DNA of 64,000 nucleotides from the human T2T-CHM13v2.0 reference genome, Homo sapiens, in NCBI RefSeq assembly GCF_009914755.1, contig NC_060925.1; one strand, written 5' to 3'. Below the pieces are notes generated by a model. That model was not told the origin of the DNA. It saw only the letters and a list, made by a program, of their open reading frames with translations, and did no database searches. The position numbers and the translations under genes are program-made. Positions 44,335 to 57,810 of the stretch are shown in pieces. Position 1 is the first letter of the stretch. Every line of letters starts with the position of its first letter.

Positions 44335-45967
44335 GTGCCTTAAATAAAGTTAACATTATAATTTGTGTGTCAGCTTTCTGAGAGTGTCTGAAAACATTCA
44401 GAATAAAAGTAATTTCAAAAATGCCATGCCATAATTTTTGGTGGAGATTCGTATTTTTCTTTGCTATTACTCAGGTAATTCTTAAATTATGACGGCTCAG
44501 AGATATTTATATGTTTATTCTTGTTGCTTGTATTTGGAATTTTGTAACATCCTTAGTCCTGTAGTATAGGGTAGTGCATGTTCAGAGAGCTGAAAATGAG
44601 TGATTTGTTTTTAATGATCTATAATAGAGTTTTTAAAGAAACCCCAATTTTGCAAATGAGAACTATTAGAAGTGAGTATTCCAGGGAGAATCTACAGTCA
44701 GTGGCTTTGTAGTTTGTTTTATGTAATTAGGTGCAGTAAATATAAAGACTCCAAAAAACCTCATGGTCTTAAAACATGTATTATTTTACCATTCTAAATG
44801 ATAAATGGAGAGTATTGACTTGATTTGGCTTTTGCCTTTAACTTCAGTGTATTTATTTAAAATTACTGAAGTAATTTATATTGGTATAAAATATTTATTA
44901 TTTATGTCTCATTCCTTTCCCCAAAGGAACAACAGTCTACTATTTCTTGTGAAAACGTTTGGACCTTGTTCTGTGGGTATAGATAACACCTTTATATTTG
45001 CCCACAAATTAATATTTTTATTTCCATGAAAATATCATATAAATATATTACAAATTGCCATCCCCCTTCCCCTCCAGTGATAGCTCATATATCATCTTTT
45101 CATGTTGATATATTCTGAATGGCTGCATTTTAATCTTGTTATATAGACATTATTTATCAGTTGTTCTTTATTGACAAACTTTTGCATTTTGTTCCCTGCC
45201 ATGTGTGCACACATGTGGGTGTGTGTATCAACACATACTTACAATTACATACTTGAGGGTTTTTTGGGCATATTTAGAGTGGATTATTTAAATTTAAGTT
45301 ATGTTGGATATATTTCTGGGATGGAGCATTTAAAATTTTGAAGACTTGCCGCATATCTCAAAAAAAACTATAATTTTATATTTTCACCCACACAGTATAT
45401 AAGATTTTGATTTAATCCCCCTTTTGATGAAGCATTTTGCAAACAAATGTCATAAAAGTGAATTTAAGCAAAGCATTAAGGGGGAAAGCATGTTCTTTCA
45501 GTAAACATTTAGATACCTAGTATGAGCTAGATAGGCTCAGGTAAACAAAGATTGAATATGAACTTTTATGAAAATTACACTCTAGAAGGCATAAAGGTAT
45601 TAGAAATTCTAACTTGAATGTATGTCAAAAAAGAGATGAAAGAAAGAGCTTTATGTATCTTCATTTGTCAGGTATTCATTGGAGTTTTACTAGGTGCTTA
45701 CAACGGTGCTGGATGGTAAGACTAAAATGCTTATTAAGAAATCAAATGAAGTTCTTGAACTGGTGTATTGCACATTTTAAATGTTGTAGCAATGAGGGGA
45801 TTCAAGGAAATAGACAATAATCTTGTATACAAATGAAATTAATTAGAGTCAAATAAACAAGGCAGTTTTTTGGTTTTAAAGTATGGAAAAAAACCATCTT
45901 CGTATTGCTTTATAACTGTTTTGTAAAACAGTTTTATCAGGTGATTTTTGTTGTTGTTGTTATATAG

Positions 45968-46078
45968 GATGAAAGAGAGGGACCTATCAATGCCGAATCA
46001 TTGGGAAAATCAGGTTCAAATTTACCTATTTCTCCAAAAGAACATAAATTAAAAGATGATTCTATTGTGGATGTACAA
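45968..46078 (+). CDS. SUCO: SUCO exon 3 ([37 protein letters not shown]), symmetric phase 0-0
   Basis: tatatag|GAT acceptor, CAA|gtaagc donor, 111 nt open frame. Confidence 0.93.
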
Positions 46079-47206
46079 GTAAGCTATGTCGCTTTGATTT
46101 TCAATAATATGTCATTTCAAACTACTTTACAAGATTGAAAACCTTTGGTCACCATATTGTGTGTGTATTGTTAGTTTTTTCACTTTGAGGTACTCTGTAA
46201 CTGGACTTAAGATTACTTACCTGCTAATAGTACTACTTTTGAGAACATGTAAAATTACAGATAATAATAAATGTGACTAGTCTCTTGGTAGTAAAAGTTT
46301 GAGTATAAATCCTCATTTCTTCCTCGGTTCTATTTTGGTTCATTATGATGTATCTTGTCTCTTCAGATTTTCAGTTGTTAAGAAATTTTTTTCTAACCTG
46401 AATCACTTGGAACAAAAGGGAGTATTTTTATGTAGAACACAGAGTATTTTGATAACCAAGATTTCCACTTATTGTGGGTATGAATAGATAATAGATCAAA
46501 ATATGTTTTTTCCCTTTTTCTCTCATATTACATTCTGAATATTGTTTATTTTGTGCACCAGACTTTATGAAAAATACTAAAAACTAGAATATATACACCA
46601 TAAACTGATCAGAATGCTGAGGTATCTGGAAACCATGTAATATCAGTAATGGCTGAAGGTACTGGGGATATTTTATCTGTAGGCAGAAGGACTAAGGAAA
46701 AACTAAAATCTCGAATATTAAAAAAAGAACACACATTTCAACTCAGAATGAGGGAGAATTCTTTCTTTTTAAAAAAATACAGCCTTGGCTAATTTTTTTT
46801 TCATTTTTTATTTTTTAACCTTGTACTTTTTGCAAGAGCCAGGGCTATTTTATAACTTACTGAGTTATCTAAAGCAATAGAATTAGTTTCATTTTATTGG
46901 ATTCTGGAAGACATTTGTCAAGGGTTTATGCATAGGAGTAAGAGAAAAATGATACTTGTAGCCCTTACAATTGTATGACTATCCTGAACACTCCTACCGT
47001 TATTCATAAAACTTTTATTATGATGTAGTTGTGCTCAAATACTTCCGAGTGCTTACCATGTCTTGTATACCTATGTTGTTCATTACAGTAGCCACTAGCC
47101 ACATGTGGCCATTAAGCACTTGAAATGCGGCTAGTCCAAATTGAAATTTACTGTAAGTGTAAAATACACATTGGATTTTGAAGACTTAATTAAAAAATAG
47201 CATGTA

Positions 47207-47461
<255 letters not shown>

Positions 47462-48576
47462 GCATGTAAAGTATCTCATTAATTTTTAAATTTTGAATAC
47501 ATGTTCATATGGTAATATAGTATTTGATAATAAGGCAGTAGTCATTTTCTCAAGGCCTCCATCATAAAAATGCAGATGACTATTTATATTTTTTTGTGAA
47601 TTTCTCGGTGTAAATAATTCCCCAAATGATCATACTTTATATTCTCCGGACTGCGTGCCTCGATGTTTGTTTGTGCTCTTGTACTGGCCCTCCTTTTCTT
47701 TAATGCCTAGCTCTTCTAATTCATCATAGTCCTTAGTTTCTTTTTCCTTGAGCTGAACATGAGTACCTCTCACTTGATATTCATTTATTGAGCATTTAAA
47801 CACCTACTGTGCGCTAGATACTGTGCTAGACACTGGGAATATGAGGATCAAGAGAACATAGTTCTTACTGAGGACATTTATGGTATAGTTGAAGAAGAGA
47901 GGGAGACATGAATAATGGCAATTGAGTTGTTATAGATGCAGTGATAAAAGTGTACAGAGAACACTGGAGGCATAGGGGAAAGGGAGTAGTTAATTCTGTT
48001 TAGGGTTGATCTTGGAGGAGGAGGTGCTGATAGAGGTTTTCAAATATGAACAGGTGTTAGGTAGATTTCACATTGTGTTTTGGAGGACTGAAAGGCCCAG
48101 GTCATTCAAGACTGAAGGAGCAGTAAGAATCATTTATTGCTTCATGGTGTTACTTGAACATATCTTATATCGTTGCTTATTGATACACATTATTTCCTAA
48201 ACTGCTCAGGGTCAAGAACTATGTATTGTACTGTTTTGTACATGTCCATAGGGTTTCTTTGTTGCTACTATCATTCATCAATTAGAGAAGAGGGAAATCT
48301 CTGTAGGTCCTGATGCAAAGTAGGAAATAGGTAGGGAGAAAGTGCTTTCCTAGTTTATGAAATGCCATGAAAAATGCTTAGGGCCTGTATTTTCATATGA
48401 AATGCATTCCTTAGGGCGGTAATATTGGAAGAAAGGATTTTTATAAAAGTACTTTTTTTAGTGAACATTGTTTATATTGTCATTTTTCAGAAATGCTTTC
48501 CATAAATGCCCGTTCTGCTAAAGAGATGTTATATTAATCTCAACATTTAATTTAGCTGACTTGTTTTTTTAAACAG

Positions 48577-48731
48577 AATACAGAGTCAAAAAAGTTAAGT
48601 CCACCGGTGGTGGAGACACTCCCTACAGTTGATTTGCATGAAGAGTCTTCCAATGCAGTTGTGGACAGTGAAACTGTTGAAAATATTTCCAGCTCATCTA
48701 CCTCAGAAATCACTCCAATCTCAAAGCTTGA
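48577..48731 (+). CDS. SUCO: SUCO exon 4 ([18 protein letters not shown]...EITPISKL)
   Basis: aaacag|AAT acceptor, GA|gtaagt donor, 155 nt. Confidence 0.95.
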
Positions 48732-49987
48732 GTAAGTTGTTACAAAAAACAAACACAAAAAAGAATCTCCTTAGTTAGTGATAGAAAAATTTCCTTAAAA
48801 GATAAAGCAGCTTGATACTCAAGTTTGAAGTTTAGGCTATATAGCAGACCTAAATTACAGTGCTTGTGTTTTGTGTGCGTATGTGTGCATGCGTTTGTGT
48901 GTTTTGAATGTAATGATTTTATAACAAGTTTATTTAGCTAACTAACTCAATGAAGCTGATAGATCCCAGATATGAAATCTCTATATAGTCTGAGCAAAGT
49001 AAGGTTCTACTTAGGAAACAGTGCTTATTTGAATTGAATTCCCTATAATTATCAACTCAAATGTCAGGTTATTCATTTCCATTAAGTATCACTGTCATTT
49101 CATTCATTTTTATGTCTTCGTGTGAATCGCTAACTTTTTCAAACTCGATAATAAATATTCAGAGTGTTTAGGTTTAAGTGATCCTTAATTTAGAAAATTT
49201 GTTATGTACTTCTCCTAGCTTCTTCCTGCAGCAGTCCAAAGAACAAAACAAAATGTCCTTCTCTTAATACTACATTAAGCATTTCCTTTATCAAATGAGT
49301 TGACATAAATAAAGTGCAAGAAGAATAACTGGTACATAACTCAAGAATGTAAGGGCCTGGGTTGAAGGAGTTGCACAAGATATTATGGTTACCATTTAGA
49401 AGCTTGTCTCAGTATGGGCCAGGGAACAGAAGACATGTTGAGAAATAATGATAGTATTTAAACTTTTAAATTTAAATGATTCAGAAGGAATTTAAGGCTA
49501 GATACTATATATCTGAAGAGTGAATGCTATACTCCCATTATATTAAAAATGACTGGTTAATGAAATGGAGGTGAGGCAGGGAAAAATAGGAAGGTTTATA
49601 TTTTAAAAACGAAATTCTAAGAACACCTTAAAATTTTAGTGAAATGTCTTGAGATAATGACTTTTGAAGGATGCCATAAGTAACAACTTTAATGCTGGTA
49701 GAATTAGTATAGTAATGATGGAAATTAAACTTTAGAGAAGATACATTGAGAATAAGTAATTTTTAAAAATCTTATTTTTGAAAGACCAAATATTAACCTC
49801 ATATTTGGTAAGTAGTTATTTAGAAGCTGAGGACAATAACAGATCAAGTCAGCAATTGACTTTACATGATTTAAAATTTTCTTTCTTTGGTTTACATTAT
49901 GTTTTGGAAATCACTAATAGTGTTTTTAATGTATATTACCTCAAGTTTATTTAATTACCAGATTATGTTTCTTGTTTCTTTTTTTAG

Positions 49988-50125
49988 TGAAATAGAAAAA
50001 TCTGGTACTATTCCGATAGCCAAACCAAGTGAAACTGAGCAGTCTGAAACTGATTGTGATGTTGGTGAGGCCCTTGATGCTAGTGCTCCAATTGAACAAC
50101 CTTCCTTTGTCAGTCCACCTGACAG
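49988..50125 (+). CDS. SUCO: SUCO exon 5 ([18 protein letters not shown]...SFVSPPD)
   Basis: tttttag|T acceptor, AG|gtgggt donor, 138 nt; lies within ORF 49887-50273. Confidence 0.95.
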
Positions 50126-50351
50126 GTGGGTAGGAGCAGTTGTTTGTCCTTCTTATGATTCTGTAATAACAGCAGTGTCCTGTTTGAATGGACTTTGGTG
50201 TATGTTAAATTCCACTTTGATTGAGAGAAAGCTGATCTCTTTGTGTTTCTTCCTTGGTTTACTTTGTGCATGAGTTCAAAGAATTTAGATTGTATAGAAT
50301 TTGTTATCCAGTAAAATCTGTTTATTTAATATATCTTTTGGTTTTAAACAG

Positions 50352-50502
50352 CCTTGTTGGCCAGCATATAGAAAATGTATCATCTTCACATGGTAAAGGA
50401 AAGATAACAAAATCAGAATTTGAATCAAAAGTTTCAGCAAGTGAACAGGGCGGTGGTGATCCAAAATCTGCATTGAATGCTTCAGATAATTTAAAAAATG
50501 AG
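50352..50502 (+). CDS. SUCO: SUCO exon 6 ([17 protein letters not shown]...ASDNLKNE)
   Basis: aaacag|C acceptor, GAG|gtaggt donor, 151 nt; lies within ORF 50254-50514. Confidence 0.95.
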
Positions 50503-52128
50503 GTAGGTATATAACTTGCACTATCTCTTACTTCTTTATGTAATGCATTTTTGTTATTAGCTAAGCTTATAATAATTTGCTAACTATATTTGTCATAAAA
50601 TCAGGGAGATTAAGTAGACAATAACATGTGGAACTAACACGAACTGTGCTCCCTGAGAGCAAGTGATTCTGTTTCCATTATAGTGTTTATCACATAAAGT
50701 TGTTTCAAGTGTGAACTCTCTCTGGTTATATATTATTAAATGATTTTGTGCCACCCACAGCTGTTTGATAGCAGATACATAAAGTCCTTATTTAATCATC
50801 TTCTTAGAAAGCTATCTAGAAGAAGGTATGACTAATTACATTTAATTATCTTCAGAATACAAGTTAATAATACAAGATTAAATTTAGGCTCTTCAGTCAG
50901 AACTATTTTAATGGAACATTTTACCTTTCATTATTTGTGTGCAAAATACAACCAGACCACCTTATATTTTAGAGTGTGATTCTTATAATTAAGGCAGGGC
51001 TTATCACAGTGGAACAGTTTTACTTTCTTTTCTCCTTCTGAGTTCTACCTTGACTTCATGCACTGTAGAATTTCTTGAAATAGTATCAACACAGCAATTT
51101 AAACTTCCCTCAGGTAAGCAATAACTAAGTTACAGAGATGAAGTATATTCCATAAACTTAACAAAAACAAAAATAAATAGGGTCCATGAGTAGTTCAGTG
51201 TGCTGACTACCACATCCATATTTATTCCTCTTTAATTTGGGGATCTTTTGTTCTCTGCTTTCTTTTTCACGTATTTTCAGTGAATCTTCACTTACGACTA
51301 ACTAAACTTCATTCTGGAGACTTTCACTATCACGGGACCAACTGTTTTGACGATGTTTCTTACAAATATAGGAGCTCAGGATTTCATAGTCTAACATCTT
51401 GAAGGAACTACTTTTCTCAGTGATACCAAATCACGCATATGTTAAAGTTTAGTTGTCAGATATCACATCCATGAATAAAATTAGACAAACGTTAAAACAC
51501 ATCTTTGAAGGTATTTATAATAATGTCAAATGTAAAATTCAAGCATGGCAGCTAACTTTGTCCTAGATTTGCTTGTTCTCCTTAGCAGACTGAAATTTCT
51601 TTATTACCTTAGAGACTTAAACTGTTTGTGAGTCTATGCTAATCGGCAAAAGAGTAGAATTTTAATTAACTGTATTAATTACTTTCTAAATGAATTAGTA
51701 TCCCAGAAAAATCATGACAGATAATGAGCACATTATGAGTAATAGCCAATAGTTTTATGTAGTATCTACTTCAGAATAACTCTGTCCCGTTAAGTTTGTG
51801 TGAGTGGGAGAGAATTTGCTTTCTGATGCCTTGTGCTAGCCTCTTATTTCAAGGATCTGTGAGACACTGATTGCCGTACTTATACAGAGAATGCTTTCCA
51901 AACTGATTTTGTTGTATTGTTTATAGACAGTGCATTACAAAGTGATTTTTATTGTATTTGTTCTCTTATTTGTTGCTAGGAGGATATAGTGATTTCTTTG
52001 GCTGGGCTTCAAAGGGTAAATGTATGTTCTTTTTGTTGCAGTTTTTGTATTTGAGCTTTACTTTGTTAGTATCTCAGCTAGGTAAATTTTTATAAGTGTA
52101 TGTTTCTTGTTTATTTTCTCAATGTATC

Positions 52129-52652
52129 TGATGCAGGACAGGCAAGCCCCAAAATTAGTGCTTAGCCCGGGAGGGTTCTTGGCTTAGCCCAGGAAAGAAT
52201 TCAAGGGCAAGCCAGTGGTATTAAACAGCGACTTTAATTGAAGCGGCAGTGTACAGCAGCAGCAGCAGAGGTAATGCTCTTTGTGGAGTAGGGCTACCCC
52301 ATAAGCATTGTGCCCAGAATAGCAGCTCAGAAGCAGTTCTGCAGTCATGCTTATATACAATTTTAATTATATGCAAATTAAAGGGTAGTTTATGCAGAAA
52401 TTTCTAGGGAAAAGGTGGTAACTTCTGGGTTGTCAGGCAGTTGTTATGGGAAGGGGTAGTAACTTTTGGGTGTTGCCATGGAAAGAGGTGGTAACTTCCA
52501 GGTGTTGCTGTGGCAGTGGTAAACAGACATAGCACATTGGTGGGCTTGGCTTACAGAAATTTGCTTCCGTCTGGGACCTGTTTTAGCTGGTACTCAATTT
52601 GATCTGATGTCCAAGACCCGCCTCCAGAATTGAATCCCACCTTCCCACCTCA
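52129..52652 (-). mobile_element. 3' LTR (MER66-like)
   Basis: TG...CA termini; homologous to 59146-59624. Confidence 0.8.
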
Positions 52653-52739
52653 TTCCTCCCTCAGAGATTAGATACTCCTCCTTAATCTTAAGAAGGCTGC
52701 ACAAGGACAGAGATCCATCTTCTGTAACTGCTTCCTGCT

Positions 52740-54270
52740 GAGTTTACAGTGTAGGCCCTGTCTAGCACCAGATGAGTGAAAATCTTTGGATAACTGATAG
52801 GGGCCCAGAGACAGGATGAGTTGGAAGCCTTGTGCTAACGTTATCTTTACCTGGAACTGTTGTAATCTAAGACAAAACTTTGCTAAGAGGTTAAACGAGC
52901 AAGGACCAAAAATTAGTAACAAGACAGCCTTCAAAGGTCCCAGAAGAGGTAGGTAAAAGCCAGTTGAGACTTGCGAAGGCAGTTTTGATAGTTGACCAGC
53001 TGTAGTTGCAATGAGTGCCCTGGTTATATCTGTAACCAGGTAGTTTACTCATAGATCTTTTGAATGTTAATCTCAACCTGTCTGGAGTTGTTCATATAGG
53101 TGCAGCAGGTTTTATTAATAACTGCACATACTCTACCTTGTTCAGCTAGTAAATAGTCCAGTGCTAGTCTGTTATTGAGAAATACATTTGCCAAAGAGTC
53201 TAGGGACTCTTGAATTCTCTTTAGTGCATGACCTGTGTTGGTGGCTAAGGATTCTAGGGTTTGAGTCAAGTTGTTTAGGGTTCACTTTAAGCAAAGCCAC
53301 CCAAGGGTACTGCTGCCCTGATTCCTGCCAGAATTAATCCTATTGCTCATTTACTTCTGGTGTTACTATGACTGTGATCCCTGAAGGGGCAAGAGTGGCT
53401 AACATGTATTCACCTCAGTTCCAAGTTTTGATACATAAGGGAAAGCTACTCCTAAAAGAGAAGATGTTGACTTTTAACTATCCAGAATTAAAAAACAAAA
53501 AACAGATGACTACCTCGGGAGTCAGGAGTGGTTATGGGGTGTAACTTCTTCCCATTCATGGCCACAAAGAAAAATGAGCTGAATTGGGGCACAAATGGAG
53601 ACCCTATGGGGTGTGATCTTTATTCTTTGTTGCCAACTTGAGTCTATAGAGATACTTTCCCCCTATTCTAATGGGGGTAGTTGAACAATCTTTGTTTTCT
53701 GAAAGAGGGTGGCACCGCCACCTTCCCAGACTAGATAGTTGTTTTTCCCCTGTATATTCTAATCCAGGAGAAGCCACCATGTATGGTCTCCTTGCTTTCA
53801 AGTGGAATCCCATTTACCTCACTGCAGCATTGGTATCTTGGCAGCTAGAGTTGTATTCAGAGCATTGCAGGGAAACTTCTGCTTTAGTGTCATTAGCACA
53901 AAAGATGCAGAAGGTAGGATCATGAGTGCACTGGAGGTATACATACCCAACTTCCCAGGTCCAGGTAATGGTGGGGAGGTTCAGGTGGATTTCATTCAGT
54001 GGGGGGAGTTCATTCCACTTATCAAGTAAGGGTTTGGGTATTTCAGGATTGCTGTGGTTAGTTAGGAGGTCTGTGGGGGATGTTTGTGAGATTTTTTGGA
54101 TAAGTCAGAAGATTGAAATCTTTATCCTGGGGATGTTGATGACGAATCTAGCAACCATGAAGGTGGTGCCCTGATGCTATAATTTTTGAAATATTTACTG
54201 TAGAATTATGTTTCTACCCACACCAGCTCAGGGTAATTGGGAGAGCAAACAAGATTAATAGTGACAACAT
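52740..54270 (-). pseudogene. Decayed gamma-type retroviral env, ERV-V-like
   Basis: Signal-peptide-like MLSLLILFALP at 54270; ISKIIASGHHLHGC*IRH (broken CWIC, 54142-54153); furin site RSK* (53347-53358); fusion peptide AIGLILAGI; ISD LNNRLALDYLLAEQGRVC with CX6CC (ORF 53045-53269); TM LLLIFGPC (ORF 52668-52934); several stops and frameshifts. Confidence 0.88.
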
Positions 54271-55033
54271 GATATCTGCGGTTGGGCCTTAGCATGGCCT
54301 CTACACCCAATAAGGACAAGAGAGGTGTTTCCTAGGAGGTTGGCTAAAGTGATCGAAAAGAAGTATTACACTATTTTGCTCCCCCAGTGCTCAAAAGGGT
54401 TCAAGGACCAATGAGTACCCACTCACCTCTACTCTTGTCTGGCCCAGAACATCCCCTGGCTACAAGTCCCCTGACTCCAAGTCCCCTGGCCACAGGGTTC
54501 CCACCAAGGGACACAATGGACCTGGGGCAGGCAGCATACTACCTCAGCATTGGCACAGGAGAAAATAAAATCTTTGCCATTAACATTGCATCCAGCACCT
54601 TCTGACAACAAGGAGGAATACAAAACAAAAATCAAAATCTGTAGCCCCCCAACAGACTGAACAGATGCTCCCTTCCTGGCCAAAGGGAATGGATTTGGGC
54701 AGGCACCTACCAGCCCCCCAAACACTTCTAAGCAATATCAGAGTCAAAACCAAAAGCCAAAATAAGTTACACATCAATAAAAAAACAACAGCATAGAATT
54801 AAGCTATACTGGAGGAAAACACTGCTCCCACAGACCTCTCTCTAAGACTAAACATTTTAGCCTCAGGTCACAACAGCAGTTGTAGCTGGAGGAGAAAAAC
54901 TCACAGGAGCTCACAAAAAAAGCTAAAAGAGTTAAATGAATCTGAGAAGCTTTCAAAAGAATAGATTACAAGATTGAAAAGCAAAATTTCTGGTAATTTA
55001 GCAAATTAACATTTTAAGAAAATTGGGTTTTAA

Positions 55034-55342
<309 letters not shown>

Positions 55343-55498
55343 TAGACCATTCTTTAGAAAGTGTATTGTAAACAATTTCCTTTTAATTATACCAAGTTTA
55401 ATCATACACAAAATTTCTTTTTATAAAAGTCTCCTTTATGAACCTTGTCACGACATAACACAGACCCTCCACAACATGCTTGAATTTTCTTACTTGTC

Positions 55499-57384
55499 TG
55501 ATATGGTTTAGCTCTGTGTCGCCACCCAAACCTCATGTTGAGTTGTAATCCCCACGTTAGAGGAGCGGCCAGATGGGAGGTGATTGAATTGTGGGGGTGG
55601 AATTTCCCCTTGCTGTTCTTGTGATAGTGACTTCTCACAAGATCTAGTTTAAAAGTGTGTAGTGCTTACCCCTTCACTCTCTTCCTCCTGCACTGCCATG
55701 TAAAGAAGGTACTTGCTTCCCCTTTGCCCTTCTGCTGTGATTGTAAGTTTCCTGAGGCCTCCCTAACCATGCTTCCTGTACAACCTAAGAAACTGTGAGT
55801 CAATTAAAAATTAAACCTCTTTTCTTCGTAAAACACCTAGTCTCAAATAGTTCTTTATAGCAGTGTAAGAACAGACTAATATAGAAAATTGGTACCAGAG
55901 AAGTGGGGCATTGTTAAAAAGGTACTTGAAAATATGGAAGTGACTTTGGAACTGGGAAATGGGCAGAGGTTGGACAGTTTGGAGGGCTCAGAAGACAGGA
56001 AGGTAACAGAAAGTTTGGAACTTCCTAGAGACTTGTTGAATGGTTTTGACCAGAATACTGATAGTAATATGGACAGTGAAATTCAGGCTGAGGTGGTTTC
56101 AGATGGAGATGAGGAACTCATTGGGAATTTGAGCAGAGGTGACTCTTGCTGTGATTTAGCAAAGAGCCTGGTGGCATTGTGCCTCTGCTTTAAGGATCTG
56201 TGGGACTTTGAACTTGAGAGAGATGATTTAGGGTATCTGGCAGAAGAAATTTCTAGGCAGTAAAGTATTCAAGATGTGGCCTGGCTACTTCTAAAAGCCT
56301 GTGCTCATTTGCATAAACAAAGAAATGGCCTAAAACTGGAACTTATATTTAAAACGGAAGCAGAGTATAAAAGTTTGGAAAATTTGCAGCCTGACTTGTG
56401 GTAGAAAAGAAAAACCCATTCACTGGGGAGGGATTCAAGCCTGCAGAAATTTGCATAAGTAGAGAGGAGCCAAATGTTAATAGCCAAGAAAGTGGGGGAA
56501 ATGCTTTTAGGGCATTTCAGGCACCTTCATGGCAGCCCCTCCCATCGCAGGCCAGGAGACCTAAGAGGGAAAAATGGTTGCGTGGGCCAGTCCCCGGGTC
56601 CTGCTGCTCTGTGCAGCCTCCGGACATGGCACCCTGCATCCCAGCTGCTCCAACTTCAGCTGTGGTTGAAAGGGGCAAAGGTACAGATCAGGCCATTGCT
56701 TCAAAGGGTGCAAGCCCCGAGCCTTTGCAGCTTCCGTGTGATATTGGGCCTATGAGTGCAAAAAGGGCAGGAGTTGAGGTTTGGGAACTTCTGCCTAGAT
56801 TTCAGAGGATGTATGCAAATGTCTGGATGTCCAGGCAGAAGTCTGCTGCAGGGACAGAGCCGTCATGGAGAACCTCTACAAGAGCAGTGCAGAGGGGAAA
56901 TATGGGGTGGGAACCCCCAATCCCCAGCATCCCCACTGGAGCACTGCCTAATGGAGCTGTGAGAAGAGGGCCACCATCCTCCAGACCCCAGAATGTTAGA
57001 TCCACCAACAGCTTGCACCGTGCACCTGGAAAAGTAGCAGGCACTCAACACCAGCTCCTGAAAGCAGTTATGGGGGCTCTACCCTGCAGAACCACAGGGG
57101 TGGAGCTGCCCAGGGCCTTGGTGATGAATGAGTTCTTGCGTGATCTGGTTGTTTAAAAGTGTGTTGCACTTCCCCCTTCACTCTCTTTCTCCTGCGCCAC
57201 CATGTGTAAAAGGTGCTTGCTTCCCCTTCAGTCTTCCACCATGATTGTAAGTTTCCTGAGGCCTTCTCAACTGTGTTTCCTGTACAGCCTGCAGAACTGT
57301 GATTCAGTTAAACTTTTTTTTTTTTTTCATAAATTACCCAATCTCAGGTTGTTCTTTACAGCAATGTGAGAATGGACTAATACG
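55499..57384 (+). mobile_element. MaLR element (THE1D/MSTA class): LTR 55499-55883, internal region, truncated 3' LTR ~57121-57384; nested in the ERV
   Basis: TGATATGGTTT...ACTAATA(T/C) LTR ends; perfect 5-bp TSD ttgtc (55494-55498, 57385-57389); ORFs 55889-56263 and 56398-57156 are MaLR internal remnants. Confidence 0.88.
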
Positions 57385-57752
57385 TTGTCCTATACTACCT
57401 CTTTCTTGAATAACTGGACATTTTACTTTAGGACAAGGATTTACTATGCAAGATTTCTCCCTCATATAAAATTACTCTTTTTTTATATCCTTTGCAAAAC
57501 AAAGAGAAAACATTTTCTATCCATAACATTCTTTATGTCTCTCTTTTCTACCTAATGGTTTCCTTATATTTTGAACTTCCCTTTTAGTAACTTCCAAATT
57601 AAACAAAACATTTTTTCCCAATAAAAAATACATTTCTTTAGCACATTTTATGTAAACCTAGCAAGAAATCCTGAACTGCCTACCAGACATTAGAATTTTA
57701 TAGATGAGAATCATTTTACCATTTTTAGATTTTATACCATACAATAAGCTCA

Positions 57753-57810
57753 GTCTATTCTATTCTGTTCTGATCTGTTCTGTTCTGTTCTGTTCTGTTC
57801 TATTCTATTC
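57753..57810. repeat. (TTCTG/TTCTA)n pentanucleotide repeat
   Basis: Seen directly. Confidence 0.85.

Noticed and set aside
56398-57156. 252-aa ORF, the longest in the track, as a novel gene
   Set aside because: Lies inside the MaLR internal region, starts at GTG and runs into the LTR; a retroelement remnant
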